Assembly (NCBI GenBank): GCA_013265495.1
Contig: MU059418.1
Span: forward strand, 4,634,773 to 4,698,772
Length of the DNA: 64,000 nt
Direction: 5' to 3'
From: Vicugna vicugna
Taxonomy: Eukaryota
Below the pieces are notes generated by a model. It did no database searches and was not told the DNA's origin. It worked only from the letters and a program-made list of their open reading frames with translations. Positions 33,587-45,600 of this stretch are shown here, piece by piece (positions within the stretch are counted from its first letter, which is position 1; each line of letters begins with the position of its first letter). A program made the position numbers and the translations under genes.

Positions 33587-34847
33587 GTGAGTCCTTCCCT
33601 GTGAGCCTCAGCTCCTCAGGCGGGGTTCTAGGTGCTAAAAATAGATGTCACAGCAGTGAAGACCAGCAGGGACTATGCTGGGCTTTACTGATTGAATGCA
33701 TCCCCAGATTCCCACCTGGGGCACTGGCCCACATGGTTAGTACCTTCTTTGTTCACATATGCGTTAAGCAGATTTTTATTTAGTGCCTACATTGTATACT
33801 AATGTCAGACTGCTGAAAGATGTGGTGTCTGCCCTCAAGGAGCTTCTAGTCTTTCGGGGAAGGGCAGATATGAAACAAATACTGACACATGTTTCCGTGA
33901 GGAGGCAGGGTACTGTGAGGGTGTAAAACAAGGAGGAGGACCTGATGTTATACCGGAACAGGGGCTGTGCTCTTCTCCCTCCCCGGGAACCCGAGGAATG
34001 AAGGAAAGGGCTAGGAACTGAATGCAGGTGACTGTGGCCAGAGCACAGAGGGGACATGAGAGGTGCAGCCAGAGGAGTGGGTGGGGCCCAAAGGGTTTTA
34101 AGGAAGAGGGTGACATGATCATATAGGCTTTCTTGTTTTGACTCTTGTTCTATATGTCTTTTTATTCTATAGCTATGCACCCGCATTCCTCCACCCCATC
34201 TCCCCTTATCTCATGACATTTATTTGTTTAGGAAAGCAGATCGTTACCATCTACAGTATCCACATCCAGGATTTGGCTGATTGCTTCTCTGTGGTGTTAT
34301 CTGACATGTTCCCTTGTTCCCCATATTTCTTATTGATAGGAAATTCGATCTAGAGGCTTGATTCAGTGCAGATCAGGTTATTTGGTGAGAACCCCTGTGG
34401 CTAGTGCTGTGTACTTCCTGTTCTGTGTCATCAACAGGCACGTGGTGTCTGGTTGTCACACAGAGATTCTAATATATTAGTTGGTAATGGTTTCTCCCTC
34501 TGTTATAAAATCTCCATCAGTCTTTGATCTGAATGGTCTTAGCATCCATTGATCATTGCTAGATCCATTATTTCCTTCTGGATTTATGAGCTGGAATTCT
34601 TCAGTGAAGGAGACCTTTTTCCTCATCGCCTATATGGTTACTCTCAAATGCTATTCATAGTGAAAGGCAGGTAAGCGCTTGATGCTTTTCCTTTATTAGT
34701 TTTCAGAGTAGTGAGTTTGGGCTCTAGCAACCTCCAATCTTGACCAATAAAGCTTTGATTTTCATATCATTTTAAACATAAATTTTTTTATATTTGATGT
34801 TTTAATTTGATTTTTTTAATGCTCACATGGTCTCTAGTGGGAGCCGC

Positions 34848-35164
34848 ATCAAGTCGTGTGAAATATTGTCTACCAGGGAAACCATTAGAAACTCATTGCC
34901 TGGGTTTTTTTTTGCGGAGAGGCCACATAAGCACCCTCTGCCTAGTATGGACCAAAATTCCAGACTTCCAGAAAGAAAGCAGGTATTCAGATTAAACCAT
35001 ATTGTTTGCACAGACAGGTTAGGCACAGTGAGCTGTTCTTATCAGTTCTGGGAATTACGGGAACCACCCAAATCCAGTTTCCCAGATGCCAGCCAAGGGC
35101 CAACCTTGCAAGCTGGCTTTTCTAAGGATAGCAGTTGTTTTTAATGTTAACTCTATTTTGCACA
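34848..35164. mobile_element. ERV LTR fragment (MER21-like)
   Basis: tgtctaccagggaaaccattag...ccaaaattccagacttccagaaagaaagcagg...cccagatgccagccaagggccaaccttgcaagc...ttctaaggatagcag. Confidence 0.7.
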
Positions 35165-35473
35165 CTGCCAATATACTTATTATAGTTTTCAAATAACTAT
35201 ATTGTTTTTCTCTGCTAACAATAAGACTCAGAATGAAATTCAAGATTTCTTTGTGGTTCTTTTGGGACCCCAAAATAGGTCCCAGTTGGGAACGTATAGT
35301 CAGAATATTGTGTTCAGTAAGCCTTTTCTTCATGTAGGTATACTCCCACCATGACATATATTAATTTGCTTCAATTTGTTTGTAATTTTTAGATATTTTT
35401 TCTTTTGATTTAATTTAAAAATTATATAAAACTTCTATATATACATTTCCCAAAGTCAAAACTGTATAACAAT

Positions 35474-35650
35474 GGGGGAGAGGGTGTAGCTCAAGTGGTA
35501 GAGCACTTGCTTGCATGCATGAGGTCCTGGATTCAATCCCCAGTACCTCCTCTGAAGATAAATAAACCTAGTTACCTCCCCCCCTTGTTATACCAAAATT
35601 TAAAAAAAAATTAAATAATAAATAAAAAAAATAAAAGCTATAAAAAAATA
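35474..35650 (+). mobile_element. Camelid Vic-1-type SINE, full length
   Basis: ggggagagggtgtagctcaagtggtagagcacttgcttgcatgcatgaggtcctggattcaatccccagtacctcc...aaataaacctagttacctccccccc plus an A-rich tail; tataacaa occurs on both flanks. Confidence 0.92.
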
Positions 35651-36835
35651 CTCTATAACAAGATAGTCACAGAAGTTTCCTTTAATCTCAATATCTTCCA
35701 CCCTTTCCCCTTCTTCCCTCCATATGCAACCGTTTTTATTTTCATTTATCCCTCCTTTGTTTCTTTTTGAAAATATGCACAAATGGGTATGTGTGTGATA
35801 TTTATTTATTCATTTATATTCTCCCTTTGATACATAAAAGATAGTATCCTAGTAAACACAGTTTCACTTTATTTTTTCCACTTAACAATATACAGTATAT
35901 TCTGGAGATACGTATCTTGGAGATGATTGTGTCCCAGAGATCCTGCTGGTGTAACTGGGAAGAACCCTGGCAAAAGGGCAAGCTTGGGTTGGGGACAGGG
36001 AAGGAGCATCCTGGGTTCAGTTTTAAACAGGTGTCTGTAAGATGTCCAGGTGGTTCTGTCTGTTATGTAAGCAGTTGGATCTATAGGTCTGTATCAGGAG
36101 GAGTTGATCAACATTTGAGAGTCAATGAGATGTAATTGAAGCCACGAGAGGGGATGTGGTCTCTTAAGGATGGAATATGGAGTGAGGTGAGGAGTAGGCC
36201 TTGGGGGGAGCCTTGAGGAGCTCTAGCATGCAGGGAACTGGCGGATTGGAGCAGCCAGCGAAGGTGGGGAAAACCTTGGTGAACGTGGACAGGCATGTGG
36301 CCTCTGGATTGTTTTGGCCATCTCTGTTTCTTGTTCTGGTATTTTCAGAAGGAGGTCATAATTGGAATTTTTCTGCCCACAGTTGTATCATACTCTAAAA
36401 AGATTATCCCTGTGCTCTGTGGCTCTGTCCTTACAGACATGGCACAGCATTGGGTATTAAAAATAACAAACATTTTTATTGTCGTTGGCCACTGATGAAG
36501 CCTGCTAAGAGTCCTTAGGGAGGGAGGTGATGAATGTTCTTGTTTTACAGACGGAGATGTAGAGTCAGAGTTGTGTGGCCTTTTGGAAGCTGTCGCTCAG
36601 CTCCTGTTGTGTTCTTAATCCTTCGAGGCTAGCTGTAGAGGCCCAGATCCATTTAGGGAACTTTCAGAAAAAGGGGTGTCCTTTATTGAGCTCAGGTTTT
36701 TAGTGGCACCTTGGGTTGAGGCCTTTTGAGGCAGGGAACTGACAAAGGGCTAATCAGTATGCCTCCCCACCACCCCTCAACTCACCCTGCATTTAGACAT
36801 TTAGAGGTTAATTTGAGATAACAACTTCATATTTA

Positions 36836-39660
36836 TTTTTTGTTATTTTATTATTTTTTTGAAGTATAGTTGATGTACAATATTATATGTTATAGGGGTA
36901 CAACATAGTGACTCGCAGTTTTTAAAGGTTATACTCCATTTATAGTTACTATAAAATATTGGCTATAGTCTCTGTGTTGTGCAATATATCCTTGTAGCTT
37001 TTTTTATTTTACACATAATAGTTTGTACCTCTTAATCCCCTACCCATATCTTGCCCTTGTCTGCTTCCCTCTCCCCACTGGTAACCACTAGTTTGTCCTC
37101 TATATCTGTGAGTATTTTTCTTTCTGGTTATATTCNNNNNNNNNNNNNNNNNNNNNNNNNNNNNNNNNNNNNNNNNNNNNNNNNNNNNNNNNNNNNNNNN
37201 NNNNNNNNNNNNNNNNNNNNNNNNNNNNNNNNNNNNNNNNNNNNNNNNNNNNNNNNNNNNNNNNNNNNNNNNTTTATGGCCGAGTAATATTCTATTGTAT
37301 GTGTATATACCACATCTTTATCCATTCATCTATTGATGGACACTGAGGTTGCTTCCATATCTTGGCAATTGTAAATAATGCTGCTATGAACATTGGGGTT
37401 CATGTATCTTTTCAANNNNNNNNNNNNNNNNNNNNNNNNNNNNNNNNNNNNNNNNNNNNNNNNNNNNNNNNNNNNNNNNNNNNNNNNNNNNNNNNNNNNN
37501 NNNNNNNNNNNNNNNNNNNNNNNNNNNNNNNNNNNNNNNNNNNNNNNNNNNNNNNNNNNNNNNNNNNNNNNNNNNNNNNNNNNNNNNNNNNNNNNNNNNN
37601 NNNNNNNNNNNNNNNNNNNNNNNNNNNNNNNNNNNNNNNNNNNNNNNNNNNNNNNNNNNNNNNNNNNNNNNNNNNNNNNNNNNNNNNNNNNNNNNNNNNN
37701 NNNAAGTCCTCTTTGGAAAAATGTGTATTCAGGTCTTCTGCCCATTTTTAAATCGAGTTATTTGTTTTTTTGATGTTGAGTTGAATGAGCTGCTTATGTA
37801 TGTTGGATACTAACCCCTTATCAGGCATATCATTTGCAAATATTTCTCCCATCCAGTAGGTTGTCTTTTCATTTTGATGGTTTTCTTTACTATGCAAAAG
37901 CTTTTAAGTTTAATTAGATCCTGTTTGTTTATTTTTGCTTTTATTTCCTTTGCTTTAGGAGATATCCAAAAAAATATTGCTACAATTTATGTCAAAGAGT
38001 GTTCTGCCTATGTTTTCCTCTAGGAGTTTTATGATTTCCGGTGTTGCATGTAGGCCTTTAATTCATTTTGAGTTAATTTTTGTATATGGGGTTAGAGAAT
38101 GTTCTAGTTTCATTCTTTTACATGTAGCTGTCCAGTTTCCCCTGCACCATTTATTGAAAAGATTGTCTTTCCTCCATTATATATCCTTGCCTCTTTTGTT
38201 GTAAATTAATTGACCATAAGAGTATGGGTTTATATCTGGGTTCTATTCTGTTCCATTGATCTATATGTCTGTTTTGTGCCATTACCATATTGTTTTGATT
38301 CTTGCATCTTTGTAGTATAGTCAGAAGCCAGGGAGTGTGATTCCTCCAGCTCTGTTCTTTTTGCTCAAGATTGCTTTGGCTATTTGGGTCATTTATGTTT
38401 CCATACACATTTTAAAATTATTTATTCTAGTTCTGTGAAAATTGCCCTTGGTAAGGGGGAGGGTATAGCTCAAGTGGTAGAGCACATGCCTAGCATGCCT
38501 GAGATCCTGGATTCAATCCCCAGTGCCTCTGCTGAAAAATCAAATAAATAAAGAAGCCTNNNNNNNNNNNNNNNNNNNNNNNNNNNNNNNNNNNNNNNNN
38601 NNNNNNNNNNNNNNNNNNNNNNNNNNNNNNNNNNNNNNNNNNNNNNNNNNNNNNNNNNNNNNNNNNNNNNNNNNNNNNNNNNNNNNNNNNNNNNNNNNNN
38701 NNNNNNNNNNNNNNNNNNNNNNNNNNNNNNNNNNNNNNNNNNNNNNNNNNNNNATCATTTTAACAACATTAATGCTTCTAATCTAAGAGCATGGGCTATC
38801 TTTCCATCTGTGTTGTTTTCAGTGTCTTTTATCAGTGTCTTACAGTTTTGAGTACAGATCTTTTACCTCCTTAGGTAGGTTTATTCCTAGGTACTTTACT
38901 CTTTTTGATGTGATGGTAAATGGAGTTATTTTCTTAATTTCTCTTTATGATAATGTGTTGTTAGTGTATAAAAATACAATAGATTTCTGTATATTAATTT
39001 TGTATCCTGCAGCTTTACCAAACTCATTGATGAGCTTTAGCAGTTTTCTGGTGGCATCTTTAGGATTTTCTATGTATAGTATCATGTCATCCGCAAACAG
39101 TGACAGTTTGACTTCTTCCTTTCCAATTTGGAATTCTTTTTTTTCCCCCTTGTCTGATTGCTGTGACTAGGACTTCAAATATATGTCAAATAAAAGTGGC
39201 GAGANNNNNNNNNNNNNNNNNNNNNNNNNNNNNNNNNNNNNNNNNNNNNNNNNNNNNNNNNNNNNNNNNNNNNNNNNNNNNNNNNNNNNNNNNNNNNNNN
39301 NNNNNNNNNNNNNNNNNNNNNNNNNNNNNNNNCTGTGCCCACTTTCTGGNNNNNNNNNNNNNNNNNNNNNNNNNNNNNNNNNNNNNNNNNNNNNNNNNNN
39401 NNNNNNNNNNNNNNNNNNNNNNNNNNNNNNNNNNNNNNNNNNNNNNNNNNNNNNNNNNNNNNNNNNNNNNNNNNNNNNNNNNNNNNNNNNNNNNNNNNNN
39501 NNNNNNNNNNNNNNNNNNNNNNNNNNNNNNNNNNNNNNNNNNNNNNNNNNNNNNNNNNNNNNNNNNNNNNNNNNNNNNNNNGTGATACTGCCCTTTAATT
39601 TTTTGTGTGTGTGTGATATCCTTGGTTTTGGTATCAATAGTCTCATCTTTTAAAATGTCA
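36836..39660 (-). mobile_element. Antisense 5'-truncated L1 in MANBAL intron 2, heavily gapped
   Basis: Poly-T followed by gaagtatagttgatgtacaat; ORF2 antisense text (tttatatctgggttctattctgttccattg, aggtaggtttattcctaggtacttt); five N-gaps. Confidence 0.9.
38455..38559 (+). mobile_element. Camelid Vic-1-type SINE nested in L1 (runs into an N-gap)
   Basis: gggggagggtatagctcaagtggtagagcacatgcctagcatgcctgagatcctggattcaatccccagtgcctc. Confidence 0.9.
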
Positions 39661-42600
39661 ATATAGAACATCTCATTTTCATTTATCTTGACGTTTAGGG
39701 AAATAAGGCTCATGCAAGTGAATGTCTTCATAACTGAAGGTTACTCTGTTAGCTTTTTTTGTTTATTTGTTTTTAGTTTCTCAATGGATCAGTGGCAAAA
39801 AATACAGTACCATTAATTTCACTTTTTATTGATGCATCACACCAGTAAATGGTCCTCAGTTATGCAAGGATTCTTGTGTGCCTCCATAGGGCAGCCTTCT
39901 CTCACTCCCCAAACTCCTAAATAAATGTAAAGGAAACACAGTATTCTGTATGTATAAACAGTCTTACAAAGAGGGTGAGTTTACTAAGGCCGTGCTTAGG
40001 GGTTGTGCTTAGCAGCTAGCTGGGATTTGGAATTTGGATGGGGAAGGGGTAAGAAGGGGCTTTTAACTTGGGGCTAGGGAGCTCGTAGGGAGGAAGGGAG
40101 CCTGTGGGAATGGGGACAGCTATGGGGACTCTAGGCAGCTCAAGGGCAGGAGGGAGGTAGCTGGAAGTGGAAGGTGGCAAGGAGGTGGGAGAGGGTGGAA
40201 GTGGAGGTGGGAGGACCCAGAGAACAATCTTGTTCTCTCTGCTGCTTTCCTTAGGGCAAAATCGTCCCTCTTGCTTGGCCTATAGAAGCAAGGTTTATTA
40301 GTGGCTTTTTGGGTCAGAAGATAATATTTTTGGCTCCAGATGATGGGAACGGCTTTGAAAAGCTAAAGAATGTCTTTCCTGTTGTTCCAGTAAGCCGATT
40401 TTTTGCAACTAGTTTATGACTTCAGCACTTCAATACATACCAGATTATTTGAAAGCTCTTTGGGGGGTAATCAGGGAAGAAAAAAGGAACACATAGAAAT
40501 GCTTCCCACCCCACCCCCTTTCTTTTCATAGTAGGAGCGAGAACTAATTCGTAAAATCAAAACCAAAGTCCCTAGAATCCTAAGCCAAATGAGAACATTT
40601 GTTCATTGACACCTCATTAAACTAAGACCCGAAAAAAACAAACATTTGTTTGAGCCTGATTGAGGCCTGGTCCACACTTAATCCAAGCATTTTCTTGCAG
40701 GCTGGATTCTAAAATATAAGAAGGTAAATCCTTATACCGTTTCTGTCTATTCCAGGGTGCAGCCATGTTTCATGTCTCATGCCAGTCGGATTGACTGTAT
40801 GGTGGCTGTGGTGGAAAAGATTCTGGGGCTGCTTCTAGGCTCCAGAGGAAAGAAATTATTCATTCATGTCTTCCACGAGCAAGGGACTGGGGAGTGGTAG
40901 CACGAATTGCCTGTCCTTTGGCTGGAATCCATGATTCTCCATCTGCCTGCACCCACCTGGGGGATTTTCAAAGGCCTGGGCTGTACCCATAGAGATTCAG
41001 ATTCAGTTGTTCTTTGAAGCCTTGGATCAGTATTTTCTTAAAGTGCCCAGGTGATTTTGTTATGTAGCCACTGGTCTAGTCCTTAGACCATTTCCCTGAA
41101 GCACAAACCGTTTTAGGCAGGACAGGAGGTGTTCTATATATGTTACGTTTGAAATAGTAGCACCGCATCCAAGTGGGAAAGGGAGAACCAGCAAGAAGTT
41201 TGGGATAGAGACCTGGGAATTATTTTAACCAACATAGCATGACTTCTTGAAACTTTCAATGAGTTGCTAAGCTTTTCAAGGGAAAGGAGGATCCAGGGAA
41301 GGCCTGAACTTCAGCCACTCCCAACCTGCCTGAGGTAGTTTCTGTGCAGTGTAGAGATACTGAGAAGATGTGGCTGCTGCCCCAGAGCAGGGATGCAGCT
41401 GGGCCTCTGGAAGTGGAGGGTTTACCGGGGACCCCCTCACTCACCATCTGCATCTCTCCCCCTCCCCTCCTGTCCATCTCCTGTCTTTCACTCCTCTTCC
41501 CAGGGCCCTGCTTCCTCTGCTTGCTTTCCCTGTGATGAGATGAAATGTGGCCACTAACAGCTCCCAAAGTTTACTGTCTTTGAGCTGCAGCGTTTGGAGT
41601 CTGCCTTCCTGCTTGGTCCCAGCTCCAAATTCCCTGGAGAAGGAACTGTAGCTGACCCAGCTTGGGGGAGGGGAGCATCCTGTGAAGTGACCTCATAGGG
41701 TGGAGGGGAAGGTCTGTTCCCAGAGGAGCAGGAGTGCTGTGCAGATGAAGCTGGAGGCTCCATTCCTTTTGCTCTCTTGGAGATGGGCAAAGCAGCAGGC
41801 AGAGGACTAGGAGACTGTGGTCTCCCCAGACAACCCCAAGTGGCTCAAGGAGGGCACATGCGAAACCCAGTCTCCCATGTAAAACGAGACCCACTGAGTG
41901 ATGGAGGAAAGGCTGCTCAGTTTGATAATGATGCCTTGTTCGGCTGCCCTCCTTCAGAACTTGGTTTCAGTAGAACTAAGTTCCTGGATCCCTAGGGCAT
42001 CCCTAGATAAAGGCTTCAGACGTCTGTGAGCTCCCTGCAGTTGTGTGCAAACGTGATGTTTTTATGCTTAGGCACATCTTCTGGGAAGATAGTCTAGAGC
42101 TTTTCTCAGAGTGGAGAGCAGTAGTTTTAATGAGGTGGGAGCCAAATTCCAGGAGTGAAAGAGTAGGTAATGAGGAAGTGAAGGTCGGAAGATCCTCTCC
42201 TCCTTCCCAAAAGCCTGCCTGAGCGGACTTCCGAGGTTCCTCTGGATCTGTTTTCACCTGGAATTTGATCCCACCAACCCTCAGCAAGCGGGTGTTGACT
42301 TTCAGTTCAGTGACTCGTGGAGCAGGTGGTATTAGCTCACTGGGTAGTTAGTCTCCAACTCTCCTAGTAGTTTACATGCTGACTATTCACATCTCTTCAT
42401 ATTTTATGTCACATCTGCTCAGCCAGCTGCCAGCCCCTAGGCAGGTGCCTTCACTCCCACCCTGCCATCTTTGTGTGATTGCTGTAGTCTTTTCTTGCAT
42501 TAATGAGGGCCCTCTCTTTGAAAGCCCAGATACTCAGCTCTGGTGGTTTCCCTAGAAAGACTGTATTGGCTCTTAAAATGGAATTTCAAGGCACAGCTGG

Positions 42601-45600
42601 GTTCAGAAGCTCAAAAGGTCTTCAGGGCTCTGTCTGTCTCTCCATTTCCTGGCTTTCCTGCAAGTGCTGGCTTCATTCTTAGGCCCTTGCCACCTGTCTC
42701 GAGGATGGCTGCAGCAGCCCCGGTCTACATCCTTATTGCTCATGATGTACAAGTAAGAGAAGCCATTTCCCTGCCTATGCTCACTTTCCAAATCTCACGG
42801 AAGACCTCTGCTTGGCTCTGTCCTGGCCACGTGTCTGCATCCTGCCTCATTGGTGGGAAGGGGTTTGGGTACCATTTCTGGCCAGGCCATGTTTAACTGG
42901 CCACTCGTGTGGCCACAGTGACTGAGAACCACCCCCCCCAAACCACATGGGACAGGGAAAGGGCAGGGCCCTGACAGAGAGGGGGTGTTGGGCAGACAGA
43001 AACAACTGATGCCCAGCACTGTGATCTGGCGGAGGAGAGCCCCTCAGAATTGATGGCAAGGGTGGTAGCTTTCCATGTGATGCCCGTGGAGCCTTCACTG
43101 TCAACCAGAAAGCCCTGAAGTGTTTGGAGCCCTGAACGGGCTGGAGCCTTCCCAGGGGCAGCGGGGCAGTGGCCTTAGGAGTTCAAGACCCTGTTGGAAA
43201 ATTCTCCTTGGGGATCTTGATTTTAGACTAGGCCCCTGACTGCCAGTGACGGCTGCCGTGGTAAATAATTCACCCAGGCAAGCGCACACCTGTTCCCAGC
43301 ACCTCAGGGGACAGTCTCGCAGAACCAACTTTGCGTGTCTGCCCTGTACTTTCTTAAGCTTGGAAGGAGTTCTCAGTTGAACTGGGCGGCAAGGTGGTTT
43401 TTACTTAATGAGCCGTTCCTGTGAGAGGGCTGTGCGGTGGGCAGGGCGAAGGTCTAAACACGGTCTCGAGATGTGTACTGGCTTGTGGGAGAGACGTCTG
43501 GGCACACAAGGAGCCACAGACCAGCCTGTGGGCAGGGCCTGCAGCCATGCTGAGTCGTGTCTGGAGTGAGCTCCCAGGCTGTGCTCTCTAATCACAGTTC
43601 TCCTCGCCTGCCAAGTGCGTCCCGGACGCTGTGTCTCCTTTCGCCTTGTGGAGCCCACATGGATGGCCTTCCCCGTTCTGTTTCAGCTAGTCCTGTCCTC
43701 CCCTCAAGGTCAGTGCTAGTTCCGACCCTGCAAGGTCTTCTCAGCCCCCATCTGCCTGAGGCCTCCGGCCAGAGCACACAGCAGGACAGACTTCAGCACT
43801 GGGCCGTGGGCTGAGTGCGGGCCAGCCTCCACCTCCCTGAGCCCACGTCCCCAGCTGTAAAAAGGGCATTCACACCTGACTCACACTGTTCTTGAGGATG
43901 GAGTGAGAAGAGGTGTGTGGGCCTACCTGAGCATGAGGCTATGGTGGTTTTCTTTCCCTGGACCGTTTTAGAGGAGAGAATAGTTTCAGTCTGTGTAAAA
44001 TGACATTTTGTCCTGATTTATTGGACTAAATCCACTGAACTGTAGAGTGGAAATCATAAAATGCCATGTGCCTTCCCTGCTGGAAGGGATTTGATCTACT
44101 GTGGCACAGATTCGATTATTTGAATCTGATGAATAGCAGCAATTTTCTGGCCTCGTAAGCGGCTCGGAGCTTCTTTATTGTTGATGAGGCCTGTGTCCAC
44201 AGAGGACGCCTCTGCAGACCCAGGAACCACCTGCGGTGGAGGGAGGTTTTCTTTTACTCTCCAAAGTGGAATCGCTGGGGAAACTGCAAATTGGCTTCAG
44301 AGAAGGCGAGGTGTTCCCAGATTTAAGGGTAGGGCTGCAGAGTTTGGTGTCCGCCATCTACCTGGCTTGTACCAGCAATGTACATTTGAAGAGAAGCTAA
44401 GAGTCAGCCATTTATTCAATCATTCTTGCCAGCTAAGAACTCGGAGCTACAGCTCTGTATGGCTAGGACCCCAGCATCTGAATCATGTGTGTAACAGCTT
44501 CCCTGCAGCTTGTGGGGAAGGAAGCCGTGCTCTCTTGGGCCAGTCGCTAAGTCTTGGTGCACCTCAGTTTCCTTGCCTACAAAATGGAGCTCAGAGTGAC
44601 AGGCTCATGTGGGTGATGGGAGGCTTAGTGAGCTGATGTTGTCAAGTACCCACGTGGTGCACATCACTAAGTGTGCACCTCTTCTTCATTATCCTGTGCT
44701 GCCCAGCACAGAACCTGCATCCACTGGGCGCAGACAGATAGTTGATGGTTGCAGAGCACATGTGCAAAGCATGAAAGAGAACAGAGCATCTGGGGGATAC
44801 TGGCTGGCCAGTAGCCCAGAAGTGACAGAGTGGGCTGCGCAAGGGGGTGTGCCTGGAGACAGGGCCAGGGCTGCAGTGCAGTGGCTCTGGAGGCTTCTCG
44901 GGGGTTCTTGGAATTTGTCTTATACGAGGAGGGAACCAGCAACATGTTTAAAGCAGAAGACACGTGGTCAGGACAGTTTTAGGAGAATAGACTCTGAAAG
45001 CAGTGTGGCAGACGGTGAGGAAAACCTGTGGGAGGGGCAGGCAGGAGACGTGTGGTCTGAACTGGCTCGGTCGTGTGGGACCAGAGGGGACCAGGCAGAG
45101 TTGAGAGCCCCGTGGAAGGTAGAATGGACAGGCCATGGGGACAGATTGGATGTGGGGGCACGAGGACTCATAAATGACTTGGAGGTTTCTAGCTTGGGTA
45201 CCTGTGTGGCTGATAATGCCAGAAACTGCGCTGGGGAAGAGAGGAGGAGGTCTGGAGTGAGGAGGAGACAGAAAATGCCTTCAGATGACTCGATGACTGT
45301 ACACTGTCCACACTCCCACAGAGAGCTGCTCTCAACTGTAGAAAACAAAGCCTGACTCGAGGAGCGCTAACCCACTTCCCTGACTCCTGTAGGAACTGCA
45401 GTCACAAGCAAGGGCTTCCTGAATGACCCAGCGGCAGGAATTAGAACAAGCTGTTCTTGTCATCCCACAGTCACCTGTGCTTCCAGGCGCTGCTCAATGG
45501 AGAGAAAGTATATTTCACAGTTGACTCAGATTCTTGGTTGCCATCAGCCCCGAGATCCCTAGGAAATCCGGGAGAGGCTATACCACACGGACGTTAAGAG

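Noticed and set aside
9721-38559. tRNA-like A/B-box heads at 9721, 11834, 17520, 35474 and 38455
   Set aside because: They are SINE heads with A-rich tails and TSDs, and no complete cloverleaf, so they are not tRNA genes.
44609-45355. Longest ORF in the track (248 aa, plus strand)
   Set aside because: Overlaps degraded L2 sequence in MANBAL intron 2; no recognisable domain, Kozak context or exon structure.
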